Assembly: GCA_963835905.1 (NCBI GenBank) | Contig: CAWIHG010000001.1 | Span: forward strand, 163,049 to 227,048 | Source of the DNA: an uncultured delta proteobacterium | Lineage (GTDB): Bacteria > Desulfobacterota > Binatia > Binatales > Binataceae | Length of the DNA stretch: 64,000 nt | Direction: 5' to 3' | Shown: positions 38,264 to 46,677 of the stretch, piece by piece | Numbering within the stretch: position 1 is the stretch's first letter | How the letters are laid out: every line of letters starts with the position of its first letter | Notes under the pieces: generated by a model | Told to the model about the DNA's origin: nothing | Seen by the model: only the letters and a program-made list of their open reading frames with translations | Databases searched by the model: none | Program-made: the position numbers and the translations under genes

Positions 38264-40183
38264 TCAGCTCGCTGGCGTGATATGCGCCCGCGTGCGATCG
38301 CGCAGCTCGATCTGCAGATCGGCAGCGCCCGAATTATCCGCGGTGAAGCGATGCTCGGTGCCGTTGCGCATCACATAATTCGCCCCCGGGCGCAGCCGCT
38401 CCAGCCGGATATTCTGGGCGCCCGGGTTGGCACCCGGATAAAGCACCAGCTCCAGGTCCTCGCCGTTGCTGAACGCGCGCGCCACCAGCACGTCAGGATA
38501 TTTCGCGCCGCCCAGGATCGGTCCGCGCAGCGCGGACTCCGGCGGCCCTTGCGTGACCGCCGTGCGAAAGTCGTCGCGCCGATGGGTTCGCGCGCGCACG
38601 GCCATGATGTTCGAGAGATTCGATCCCTTCGCGTAGCGCAGCACGCCGCCGTCCGTCGCGCGGCCGCAATCCTGGTCCAGGGCGCGCTGCGCGGCATCGG
38701 CGGTCTGCTCGTCGCCGAACTCGCGCGCGCAATCCATGATGCCCGCGTAAGCGCCGGCGAATCCGGGCCGGTAATTGCCGAAATCGAACCCGCGGCCGTT
38801 GAGTACGAGCCGGCTCGCACCGCTCGAATCGGGCTTGATGATGTACTTCAGCTCGTTGCGCGCGATCGCCCACATCCGCTGCGCGCGCTCAGGCGCAAAG
38901 CAGTTCTCGTAGCCGGCAAACCCCGCCTCGCCGGCCGGGAACGGGAAACGGATTCCGGTCAGCTCCGAGCGCAATCCGATCACGCTTCCACTGTAATCGG
39001 TAAATTCCGTGTCGAGACTCTTGAGCCAGTTTTCCAGCACCGCATCGACGTATCGGGTGCCGAAGATCCGATCGTAAACGGCGAGCGAGGTCATCCCGAA
39101 GTGATTGCATATCGGGTACACCCAGTTCGGTTCGCACGGATACAGACAGAAAGGCGCACCAAGAAAATTCCGCAGTACTGAGTGCTCGATGCTGTGAAGA
39201 TCGTGCGCGAAGGCACGATGCGGATTCAGCCGGAAGGTCAGGCTGCCCGGTTCCGCGTAGCGGCGGTCGCCGCTGTTCAGCATGTACATGCCCACCTGCA
39301 GACCGAACCATCCGGTGAGCATGATGTTGTCCTTATCGGCGGGATCCGGATTGGTGAGGTTCAGATGGCCCCACGCGGATTCATATATCCAGTAGCTCCA
39401 GACTTTGCGCCGCAGGTAAAGCTCGATCAGGTTGCGCTGCGCCTGGTCGAAATAGCCGTGGAAGTTGGGCGTGTAATGGCATTGGATCATGCTCAGCGCG
39501 TAGCCGATATTGTTGATCTGGTAGCGCCACGCCGAGGTCTGGAACTGATCGACCTTGTCGTAGCCGTTCATCTCGCCCACCGGCTGCAGCGCGCGATCGA
39601 GCAGGTAGCGGGTCGCGGCCAGGTCTTCGCCCGACAACTCGCGCTCCGCGGCGGACGGAATCGGCGCGGCGATTTCGATCGCTTCGGCAATCGCGGCAGG
39701 CAGAGTCTTGCGGCGCGCTTCAAAGCGCTGCAACTCCGACTGCTTGCGCCGTGAGGCTCGCTGAAAGGCGTAAACCCCGGTCGCCGCGACCAACGCGGGT
39801 ACCAGGATCGCGCCGGGCGCCCAGATCGCATCGCCCGCCATCGCGCCGGCCGCAAGCGCGGCGCCGCCCCACACCAGAATCGGTGCAACCACCATTCCCG
39901 AGCCGAACCACGCGAAGATGGCGATCGCGAACATCGCCACCGTGACCGGGAACAGCAGAGTCGCCCAGCCGCCCGCGGCGAGGAACCCGCCGCCCGGCAT
40001 CCAGAGTCCGACACCGGCGGCCTTCAGTCCGGGCGACATCCCGAACAGAAAGGGAACGAACCCGAGCAGACATATCGCGGCATATGTCAGCGCCGCGCGG
40101 CGCTGGCGCCAGGTTGTTACCGGGCCCTTGACGGCTTCTCGACCGATGAACTGTTGAACGACCTCGTGTGCGACAACCGCCAT
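38264..40183 (-). CDS. membrane-anchored linalool dehydratase/isomerase (LDI)-domain protein
   Basis: About 4 N-terminal TM helices. The core resembles my recollection of Castellaniella Ldi: DKDNIMLTGWFGLQVGMYMLNSGDRRY versus [27 protein letters not shown], and CEPNWVYPIC versus CEPDNYFVQC. GGGGAG RBS. Confidence 0.6.
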   Translation of the reverse strand: MAVVAHEVVQQFIGREAVKGPVTTWRQRRAALTYAAICLLGFVPFLFGMSPGLKAAGVGLWMPGGGFLAAGGWATLLFPVTVAMFAIAIFAWFGSGMVVAPILVWGGAALAAGAMAGDAIWAPGAILVPALVAATGVYAFQRASRRKQSELQRFEARRKTLPAAIAEAIEIAAPIPSAAERELSGEDLAATRYLLDRALQPVGEMNGYDKVDQFQTSAWRYQINNIGYALSMIQCHYTPNFHGYFDQAQRNLIELYLRRKVWSYWIYESAWGHLNLTNPDPADKDNIMLTGWFGLQVGMYMLNSGDRRYAEPGSLTFRLNPHRAFAHDLHSIEHSVLRNFLGAPFCLYPCEPNWVYPICNHFGMTSLAVYDRIFGTRYVDAVLENWLKSLDTEFTDYSGSVIGLRSELTGIRFPFPAGEAGFAGYENCFAPERAQRMWAIARNELKYIIKPDSSGASRLVLNGRGFDFGNYRPGFAGAYAGIMDCAREFGDEQTADAAQRALDQDCGRATDGGVLRYAKGSNLSNIMAVRARTHRRDDFRTAVTQGPPESALRGPILGGAKYPDVLVARAFSNGEDLELVLYPGANPGAQNIRLERLRPGANYVMRNGTEHRFTADNSGAADLQIELRDRTRAHITPAS

Positions 40184-40199
40184 GGTTGTTCTCCCCGGC

Positions 40200-40517
40200 C
40201 TAACCGCGGTGGGCTATCGGCGCCGTATGGTTGTGGTTTGCGTGATGCTGAAAGTGGGAGCGGATGCCGTATGCACCGCCGAACAGCAGCGCCATCTCGA
40301 TTACTGCGGCCACCGCGAACCATCGCGCGCCAAGCGCGCGGCGAGAGGTGTTTGCGGGCGTTGGGGTAAATTGCTCACTGCCCGCAAGGCGCCATTCGGT
40401 CGCGGGATTATCGGGCACCGCCGCGTCGAAAGAGTTGCCAAGCACAAATCTCTTAACCGCGTTGAGCCCGAGCAGAATCTGACCCACTATGAATGCGGCG
40501 AACGCGCAACAAGGCAT
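40200..40517 (-). CDS. small membrane protein (2 TM, His-rich C-terminus)
   Basis: Stop lies 17 nt before the LDI-domain gene start. ATG 40517 with GGGGAG 10 nt upstream. HFQHHANHNH tail. Confidence 0.5.
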   Translation of the reverse strand: MPCCAFAAFIVGQILLGLNAVKRFVLGNSFDAAVPDNPATEWRLAGSEQFTPTPANTSRRALGARWFAVAAVIEMALLFGGAYGIRSHFQHHANHNHTAPIAHRG

Positions 40518-40584
40518 CGGAGACACACTCCCCTGACTTGCGCCGACTCTTGCACACGAGCTTGTTTAATTCCAACTGAGCGAG

Positions 40585-42693
40585 CTAGAGCGTGATCTCG
40601 CGGCGAATCAAATCCTGCTCGCGCGACGAGCCGCCCGCATAGATCACATGCGCGCCAGTCTCCAGCCGCCATTCGTGCGCCACGGGGTCGTAGTAGCGCA
40701 GCGTCGCGATCGGCACGCTGAAGCAAATCGCGCGCATCGCGCCCGGCTTAAGACGCACGCGCTCAAATCCACGCAGCAGCTTGGCGGGGCGATCGACCAC
40801 GCGGCCCGGGAATCCTACATAGAGCTGCGCGATTTCGTCCGCTTCAACATCGCCGGCATTGATGACCGAAACCTGCACCTCGATCGTGTCGCGTGCCCGG
40901 CGCATCTTGAGCGCGCGATAGGCGAATCGCGTGTAGGAGAGCCCGAACCCGAACGCGAATGCCGGTGCACGCCCGGTTTTCTCCATCAGCGTGTAACCGT
41001 GATAGGGACCGTACTCGATCGACGTCGCGTTCTTGTCGAACAGCGGGAGATCGCCGGCGGATCGCGGCACCGTGAATGGCAGCTTTCCCGATGGCGACTG
41101 GTCGCCGAATATCAATTCGGCCAGCGCCCGCCCACCTTCCATCCCTGAGTAGAACGTCTGCAGCACCGCGGCGACGTCGTCGATCCACTCGTTCATCAGG
41201 ACTGCCGAGCCTGATACCACGACCACGATCGTGCGGGGGTTGGCGGACGCGATCGCGCGGACCAGCGCAACCTGCTCCGGCGCGAGGCCCAGATTTTCAC
41301 CGTCGCGGTCGCCGCCGATCGTCGCGATTTTCGCGCGCCCCGGGCTGCCCGGCCCTGATTCACTCGCACTGCCCATCTGTGACGGGATGAACTCGCCCTC
41401 GTCATCCGCCGTATATCCGACCACCACGATCGCGGCGTCGGCGCCGCTGGCCGCACGCGCCGCGCGGGCCGGATCGCTCTCGTCGCCGGCAAAGGTAACC
41501 GCGCTTTCGCCGAAATACTCGCGCAGTCCGGCAAGCTGGGTGATCACTTGCGGCGCGCGAACGTTGCTCGACCCGCGATCGCCGGTATTGACCATCGCCG
41601 CGAGCCGACCCGCCACCGCCACGCGGCCCGTCGCGGATCGATCAAGCGGCAGCACGCCGGCGTTCTTAAGCAGCACCGCCGACTTGAGCGCCGCCTCGTG
41701 GGCGAGCGCACGATGAGCGGGCGAGGCGACCAGGTCCGGCGTGTATGCCGGGAGCGGATCCTCGGCGGCGGCGAATCGGCAAAGGACCGTCAGGACGCGG
41801 CGGCAGGCGGTGTCGATCACGCGCGGTTCGATCGCGCCCGACCTGACCGCCTCGACCAGCCGGTTTCCAAAATGGAGCGGCTCGGGATTTTCCACGTCGA
41901 GTCCGGCCGCGGCGCCGTACGGATGGTAAACGCCCATTATCCAATCGGAATGAACAAAGCCCTCAAATCCCATCTCGCCGCGCAGGATATCGGTGAGCAG
42001 CTCGCGGTTCTGCCCGCAGTACTCGCCGTTGAATTTGTTGTACGCGGACATCACCGACGCGCATCCGGCGTCGACAATACGCTGGAAGTGCGGCAGATAG
42101 ACTTCGCGCAGGGTGCGCGGATCGACTCGCACATCGACCTGGAAGCGCGCGTTCTCGATCGAGTTCAGCGCGAAATGCTTGACCGTCGCGGCGACGTTGT
42201 GAGTCTGGATTCCGACCGCGAGCGCCGCGCCCATCTCGCCCAGATGATACGGATCCTCGCCGTAGGTTTCCTGCGCGCGGCCCCACGCCGGATGGCGCAG
42301 CAAGTTGACGCACACCGCGCCCGAAAGATTGCATCCCTGCGCGCGTGCCTCGATTCCCATCGCCTCGCCGATGCGCCGCTCCAGATCGTGATCGAAGCTC
42401 GCTCCGCGCGCCATCGTGCATGGAAAGCAGGTCGATTCGCCGCGCACCACGCCGCGCGGCCCGTCGGTGAAGTAGAAGGCGGGAACGCCCAGCCGCTCGC
42501 ATCCGGCGCCCGCGCGGTAGGGATGCGATCCGAGCCTGCCGCCGCTCTGCTGCATGTGGGCGAGAAACCCGTGCCCCGACATCATCGCGACTTTCTCCTC
42601 GAGCGTGGCGGCCTCGATTATGCGGCTGACGAGCACAGCTGTCTGCCCGTCAGTCATGCCCTTGCGGGGCGAGAAATCCGATTGAGTTGACAT
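40585..42693 (-). CDS. bglX: glycoside hydrolase family 3 beta-glucosidase
   Basis: GH3 motifs (KHFALNS, GFVHSDW nucleophile region) and the C-terminal Fn3-like domain layout. Start re-picked at MSTQSDF. Confidence 0.85.
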   Translation of the reverse strand: MSTQSDFSPRKGMTDGQTAVLVSRIIEAATLEEKVAMMSGHGFLAHMQQSGGRLGSHPYRAGAGCERLGVPAFYFTDGPRGVVRGESTCFPCTMARGASFDHDLERRIGEAMGIEARAQGCNLSGAVCVNLLRHPAWGRAQETYGEDPYHLGEMGAALAVGIQTHNVAATVKHFALNSIENARFQVDVRVDPRTLREVYLPHFQRIVDAGCASVMSAYNKFNGEYCGQNRELLTDILRGEMGFEGFVHSDWIMGVYHPYGAAAGLDVENPEPLHFGNRLVEAVRSGAIEPRVIDTACRRVLTVLCRFAAAEDPLPAYTPDLVASPAHRALAHEAALKSAVLLKNAGVLPLDRSATGRVAVAGRLAAMVNTGDRGSSNVRAPQVITQLAGLREYFGESAVTFAGDESDPARAARAASGADAAIVVVGYTADDEGEFIPSQMGSASESGPGSPGRAKIATIGGDRDGENLGLAPEQVALVRAIASANPRTIVVVVSGSAVLMNEWIDDVAAVLQTFYSGMEGGRALAELIFGDQSPSGKLPFTVPRSAGDLPLFDKNATSIEYGPYHGYTLMEKTGRAPAFAFGFGLSYTRFAYRALKMRRARDTIEVQVSVINAGDVEADEIAQLYVGFPGRVVDRPAKLLRGFERVRLKPGAMRAICFSVPIATLRYYDPVAHEWRLETGAHVIYAGGSSREQDLIRREITL

Positions 42694-42847
42694 CGCGAGA
42701 CTCCGGCGGCACGTGCTGACGGAACGATCCCGCACTTAGCGCACCTTACCGGCAGGCGCAAAGTGCCGCGGTCGCGAAACTGGGACTATCTACTGAGGGT
42801 CGGGTCCGCAGTGTGTGCGAATCCGGTCGAGCGAGGGAAAAGAATGT

Positions 42848-43039
42848 TCAGTCAAGATCGATTATCTGGCCGGGTTGGGGTCCGGGTACGATCCCTTCGA
42901 GGTCGGGATCTCTGCCGCCTGTGGTTTCGCGGCCGCCTGTGGTATCGCGGTCCCGGCGTTCGCTGACGCGCTGAGTGCGGCGGCGCTCCTTGTCCTGTTG
43001 TTTCTGTCGGCGGACCCGTTCTCTCTGGCGCTTTTCCAT
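42848..43039 (-). CDS. possible small highly charged protein (63 aa)
   Basis: GAAGG 9 nt upstream of ATG. MEKRQRERVRRQKQQDKERRR. Contains an 18-nt tandem duplication encoding TTGGRE/TTGGRD. Third-position GC is only moderate. Confidence 0.3.
   Translation of the reverse strand: MEKRQRERVRRQKQQDKERRRTQRVSERRDRDTTGGRETTGGRDPDLEGIVPGPQPGQIIDLD
42914..42949. repeat. 18-nt tandem duplication (2 copies, 1 mismatch)
   Basis: gccgcctgtggtttcgcg / gccgcctgtggtatcgcg read directly. Confidence 0.9.
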
Positions 43040-43103
43040 GCAGACTACCTTCTTGACGCGGTTCGAACGCTCGCCCCGTCAGGGACCACAGCAGTATATA
43101 TCA

Positions 43104-43137
43104 CCGGGTCCGGCGCTCGAGTGAGCGCCGGACCCGG
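43104..43137 (-). terminator. probable intrinsic terminator of the RRM gene
   Basis: Perfect 15-bp stem CCGGGTCCGGCGCTC / GAGCGCCGGACCCGG with a 4-nt loop, 49 nt downstream of the stop at 43186. Followed on the minus strand by TGATATATACT. Confidence 0.6.
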
Positions 43138-43185
43138 CTGGGCTATCGTATCAACTTGGAGGCAGACCGAAGTCCGCTTCCGGGT

Positions 43186-43512
43186 TTACCAGCGGTCGCG
43201 TCCGCCGCCTCCGCGATTGCCGCCGCCTCCGCGATTGCCGCCGCCTCCACCGCCGAAACCGGATTCACGAGGCTTGGCCTCGTTCACCTTGATGTTTCTG
43301 CCTTTGAGCTCGGTGTCGTTGAACTGCCGAATCGCGTTGGCAACCTCTTCCGCAGTCGTCATCTCGACAAAGCCGAAGCCTTTTGACTGTCCGGAGAATT
43401 TGTCCGTGATCACCGAGGCGCTTTGCACCTGACCGACCTGTGCAAACAGGTCGCGGAGATCGTCATTGGAAACCGAGTAGGCCAGATTGCCTACGTACAA
43501 TTTTGTGGGCAT
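43186..43512 (-). CDS. RRM-type RNA-binding protein with Gly/Arg-rich tail
   Basis: RNP-2 LYVGNL, RNP-1 KGFGFVEM, C-terminal GGGGGNRGGGGNRGGGGRDRW. GGAGGG RBS before MPTKLYV. Confidence 0.85.
   Translation of the reverse strand: MPTKLYVGNLAYSVSNDDLRDLFAQVGQVQSASVITDKFSGQSKGFGFVEMTTAEEVANAIRQFNDTELKGRNIKVNEAKPRESGFGGGGGGNRGGGGNRGGGGRDRW
43202..43255. repeat. 18-nt tandem repeat (2 identical copies plus a partial third) encoding the GGGGNR tail
   Basis: ccgccgcctccgcgattg twice, then ccgccgcctcc... read directly. Confidence 0.9.
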
Positions 43513-43758
43513 CGATTGCCCTCCGTGCGTTTTTTCTGGGTGGCTCCGAACAGAGAACCCGGGCTGATTCCCGAGTGCAAGTGAAAGGAACGGCCAAGTC
43601 TCATAACCATACATGCTTTGCACTCACGAAGGAATGCCCCCCCTGGCGGGGGTCAGCCCTGCCCCGCAACCGCGCCAAAGCGCGTGTGTGTGAAGCGGCT
43701 TGAGCTGCCGACCGCGCGCCGGCGGCGAGCGGCGGCTCGATCGCGGGCCCCGTCGTCG

Positions 43759-44748
43759 TCAGTTGGCTTTGGAGCGCTCGGTGGGGCCGGTAGCGATGCC
43801 CAAAGCCTTTCCGAGCGCCTTGGCCTCTTCATCGTACTTCGCGTAAGAATCCTTCAGCGTCGCGCCGTTGAGAATCATTTGGGCGACGAGTTCGTGCGTT
43901 ATCCCGTCAAAGACGCTGGTGCGGATCCAGTTCGACTCGGTCCGCTTGCTCTCGCTGAGCGCAGCGATCTCGCGTTCCAGTTCGTAGGGGTGATCGACGA
44001 ACAGGGGCCCCTTGAGCAGCTTGATCTCCTGTCCTGCAAACAGGCCGACCGCGGGCCCGCGGCTCCGGAATCCCGCCTTGCCCGAGGAAAATTGGAGCAG
44101 CACGCTTATCATCTCGAAGGGAATGATCGCCCGGCCCCATGGCGAAGCCGCGCCGCCCTCGCGCGTGTACCAGGGGCTCGGTTCGGTGATCACTTTGAGC
44201 TTGTCGGCGAGGGAGAACGGATACTGGTTTCCCATATGCTGGTCGAAGCCCATCCGCACCTGCTCCGGATTGCCCGCACCCTTCTGCCCGACCTTCAGAT
44301 CGCGCAGGATCACGAGCTGCTGCGCCGGGCGTAGCGCCGCCATCCGTTTCGCAATCTCGGTCTCGCCATGCTCGGGACCGATCGAGGCGGTGCCCGTCAG
44401 CACCGGCGTGCCGTCGCGCTTTTCGGCCCAGATCTGGACGGTCGGGGAACTCTTCGCGGGCATCCGTGCGAAGGCGCGGACCTCTTCACCTTCGATCACC
44501 ATATTCTGGTAGTGCGCGCTGATGCAGCCGCGCTCGAAGAAGGCATTGCCGAAAATATGATGCAGCAGCGGAATGAACTGGCTGAAATGCGTCGGACCTT
44601 CGATCGGTCCGGCGCGAAAACCCAGCTCATTGGCCATCTTGTCGTCGTGAAGCGACAGATGACCGTCGTAGGACTGCTCCGCGAGCATCTGGCGCGGCCG
44701 GCGGAATTCGCCGCAAATCGAGAGGGACTGATCGAAGGGTTCGCTCAT
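43759..44748 (-). CDS. hypothetical protein (329 aa), possibly an acyl-thioester-handling fold
   Basis: Clean ORF with coding-like composition, downstream of the crotonase gene on the same strand. No motif recognised, so the function is a guess. Confidence 0.6.
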   Translation of the reverse strand: MSEPFDQSLSICGEFRRPRQMLAEQSYDGHLSLHDDKMANELGFRAGPIEGPTHFSQFIPLLHHIFGNAFFERGCISAHYQNMVIEGEEVRAFARMPAKSSPTVQIWAEKRDGTPVLTGTASIGPEHGETEIAKRMAALRPAQQLVILRDLKVGQKGAGNPEQVRMGFDQHMGNQYPFSLADKLKVITEPSPWYTREGGAASPWGRAIIPFEMISVLLQFSSGKAGFRSRGPAVGLFAGQEIKLLKGPLFVDHPYELEREIAALSESKRTESNWIRTSVFDGITHELVAQMILNGATLKDSYAKYDEEAKALGKALGIATGPTERSKAN

Positions 44749-44849
44749 GGATATTCCGCCATCGGGCTGTCGGCATTCGGGCGATGCGGCGCCGTCGGGG
44801 TCTGCACCCCGGAGGCGGGCGCTAAATCGCGATTCTCACGCCCATTGGG

Positions 44850-45677
44850 TCAGCGCCCCTTGAACACGGGCTCGCGCTTTTCAACAAAGGTCTTTGCGGC
44901 TTCGCGATGGTCCTCGGTCTGGCCGCAATGGATATGGTGCGTGGCTTCGAGATCGAGGCAATCGTCGACGTCGCCGCTCATCGCGCGGTTCAGGTTCTCT
45001 TTCATATAGCGAAAGGCCACCGTGGGGCCCTTGGCCAGCCGGCCGGCGATCTCGCGCGCCTTGGACGTGAGCTCCTCGGGAGCGCAGACCCAGTTCGTCA
45101 GTCCCAGCCGCAGCGCTTCTTCGGCGCTCACGCGCTCGGACAGATAATAGAGTTCGCGCGCTTTGGACGAGCCTACCAGCTGGGTCAGAAAATATGTTCC
45201 ACCGTAGTCGCCGGAAAAGCCGACGCGGGCGAAGGCGGTGGTCAGCACCGCGGTGCTGGCCATGATCCGAAGGTCGCAGGCCAGCGCGAGCGAGAGCCCG
45301 GCGCCAGCCGCCGCGCCCGGCAGAGCGGCAAGCGTGGGCTTGGGCATTTTGAACAACTTTCCCGCCGTCGCCCGCTGATTGACCCGCTGGCGATGAATGG
45401 CGCCGTCGATCGTGTTCTCACCCACGGTCCCGTCGCCGCGTGACGCCATCCCCTTGACGTCGCCGCCGGCGCAAAAGCCTTTGCCCGCGCCGGTCAGGAC
45501 AATGCATTTGACGGCCGGGTCAAGCTCCGCCTTCGCGAGCTGTTCGGCGAGCGCACTGGTCATCGCACCCGACATCGCGTTGCGGGCGTCGGGCCGGTTC
45601 ATCGTAAGCGTCAGGACGTTGTCGTCCAGGCTGGCGAGAAGGTCGCTGGTGCCGGTTTTGATTTCCATCGCGCTCAT
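44850..45677 (-). CDS. enoyl-CoA hydratase/isomerase (crotonase) family
   Basis: VLTGAGKGFCAGGDV oxyanion-hole motif. AGGAGGAAAA RBS. Confidence 0.85.
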   Translation of the reverse strand: MSAMEIKTGTSDLLASLDDNVLTLTMNRPDARNAMSGAMTSALAEQLAKAELDPAVKCIVLTGAGKGFCAGGDVKGMASRGDGTVGENTIDGAIHRQRVNQRATAGKLFKMPKPTLAALPGAAAGAGLSLALACDLRIMASTAVLTTAFARVGFSGDYGGTYFLTQLVGSSKARELYYLSERVSAEEALRLGLTNWVCAPEELTSKAREIAGRLAKGPTVAFRYMKENLNRAMSGDVDDCLDLEATHHIHCGQTEDHREAAKTFVEKREPVFKGR

Positions 45678-45852
45678 TTTTCCTCCTGGCGATTGCCTTC
45701 GCGGAAACCGCGCTCGCGTTCAGTTTCCGAAATGTCATTGCCGGCTTCAAGCCGACCCGCCTCCGGGTTGGGAGCGCGAGCGGCCGGCCCGTATGCGGAC
45801 GCTATTGCGAATTCGACCGTCATCGGCATCCGCATCCGCCGCCTCGCCGCGC

Positions 45853-46518
45853 TCACGCTTTCACGCTTCTGACCAGCTGCTCGGTTACCTGGTCAACGAT
45901 CCATTGCGGCTTCCATTTGCCCCCCTCGCGGTACCAGTTGGCGACAGACAAGGCCGCGCGCAGGATTACGAAAGTCATGAGTTTGGGATCGCCCGGGACG
46001 AAAATCCCATGGTCTATTCCCGCGCGCAGGATACCTGCGAACATCTGCTCATATCGTCTGGTCGATGTTCGGATGCGGTTTCGATTCACCGCGCTTAGCG
46101 AGACCGGGTCCGAGAGCACCGGCTCGTAACGGTCCTCGTCGTGAAAGATCCTCGCGACCAGACCTGAGATCGCCTTGCGCAAGGCCAGTTCCGGATCTTT
46201 ATCCGCATCAGGTGCGGCGGCCTTCAGTCGTTCAATTGCCCGAGTTACGGCGTCGATTCGGATCTCAGTGAAAATCTCCTCTTTGCTGCGAAAATAGTGG
46301 TAGATATGGCCTTTGGCCAGACCGCACTCGCTTGCGATCTGGTCCATGTTGGTCCCGTCGTAACTGCCATGCGCGAACGCGCGCGCCGCTCCCATCAAGA
46401 TTTCCCGGCGCCGCTCCTCTGCCCGCGCGGCGTCGCGCACACGATGACCGCGAACGCCAATCGCCTTGGGCGCAGGTGCAGCAACCGATTCCCGCTTTGG
46501 CATCCTGTCCGAAGACAT
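45853..46518 (-). CDS. TetR family transcriptional regulator
   Basis: HTH region ILMGAARAFAHGSYDGTNMDQIASECGLAKGHIYHYFRSKEEIF. Start re-picked at MSSDRMPK. Confidence 0.8.
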   Translation of the reverse strand: MSSDRMPKRESVAAPAPKAIGVRGHRVRDAARAEERRREILMGAARAFAHGSYDGTNMDQIASECGLAKGHIYHYFRSKEEIFTEIRIDAVTRAIERLKAAAPDADKDPELALRKAISGLVARIFHDEDRYEPVLSDPVSLSAVNRNRIRTSTRRYEQMFAGILRAGIDHGIFVPGDPKLMTFVILRAALSVANWYREGGKWKPQWIVDQVTEQLVRSVKA

Positions 46519-46543
46519 CCCGATGCGTTTCTCCCCGGTCCCC

Positions 46544-46572
46544 TTGACCAGAACGAATATTTTAGAATAAAT
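46544..46572 (+). promoter_or_regulatory. candidate sigma70-type promoter for the 46678 operon
   Basis: TTGACC, 17 nt, ATAAAT in the AT-rich divergent intergenic region, flanked by GACCA/TGGTC inverted repeats. Confidence 0.35.
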
Positions 46573-46677
46573 GGTCGAAGATTCAAACCGTGAAGCGGAG
46601 CCGGACCCGGGCCCCAGAGAGCCGGAACCCGCTTCCCATTCGATTTCGATTATTCGCATAGCAGCAGGGAGACCACA

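Noticed and set aside
43050-43075. GGTTCGAAC string resembling a tRNA T-loop.
   Set aside because: Only a 3-bp flanking stem, with no acceptor, D or anticodon arms in the surrounding sequence.
42815-43432. 205-aa plus-strand ORF spanning the small-ORF region and the RRM gene.
   Set aside because: It is antisense to a well-supported RRM gene, and its Pro-rich stretch is the complement of the Gly-rich repeat.
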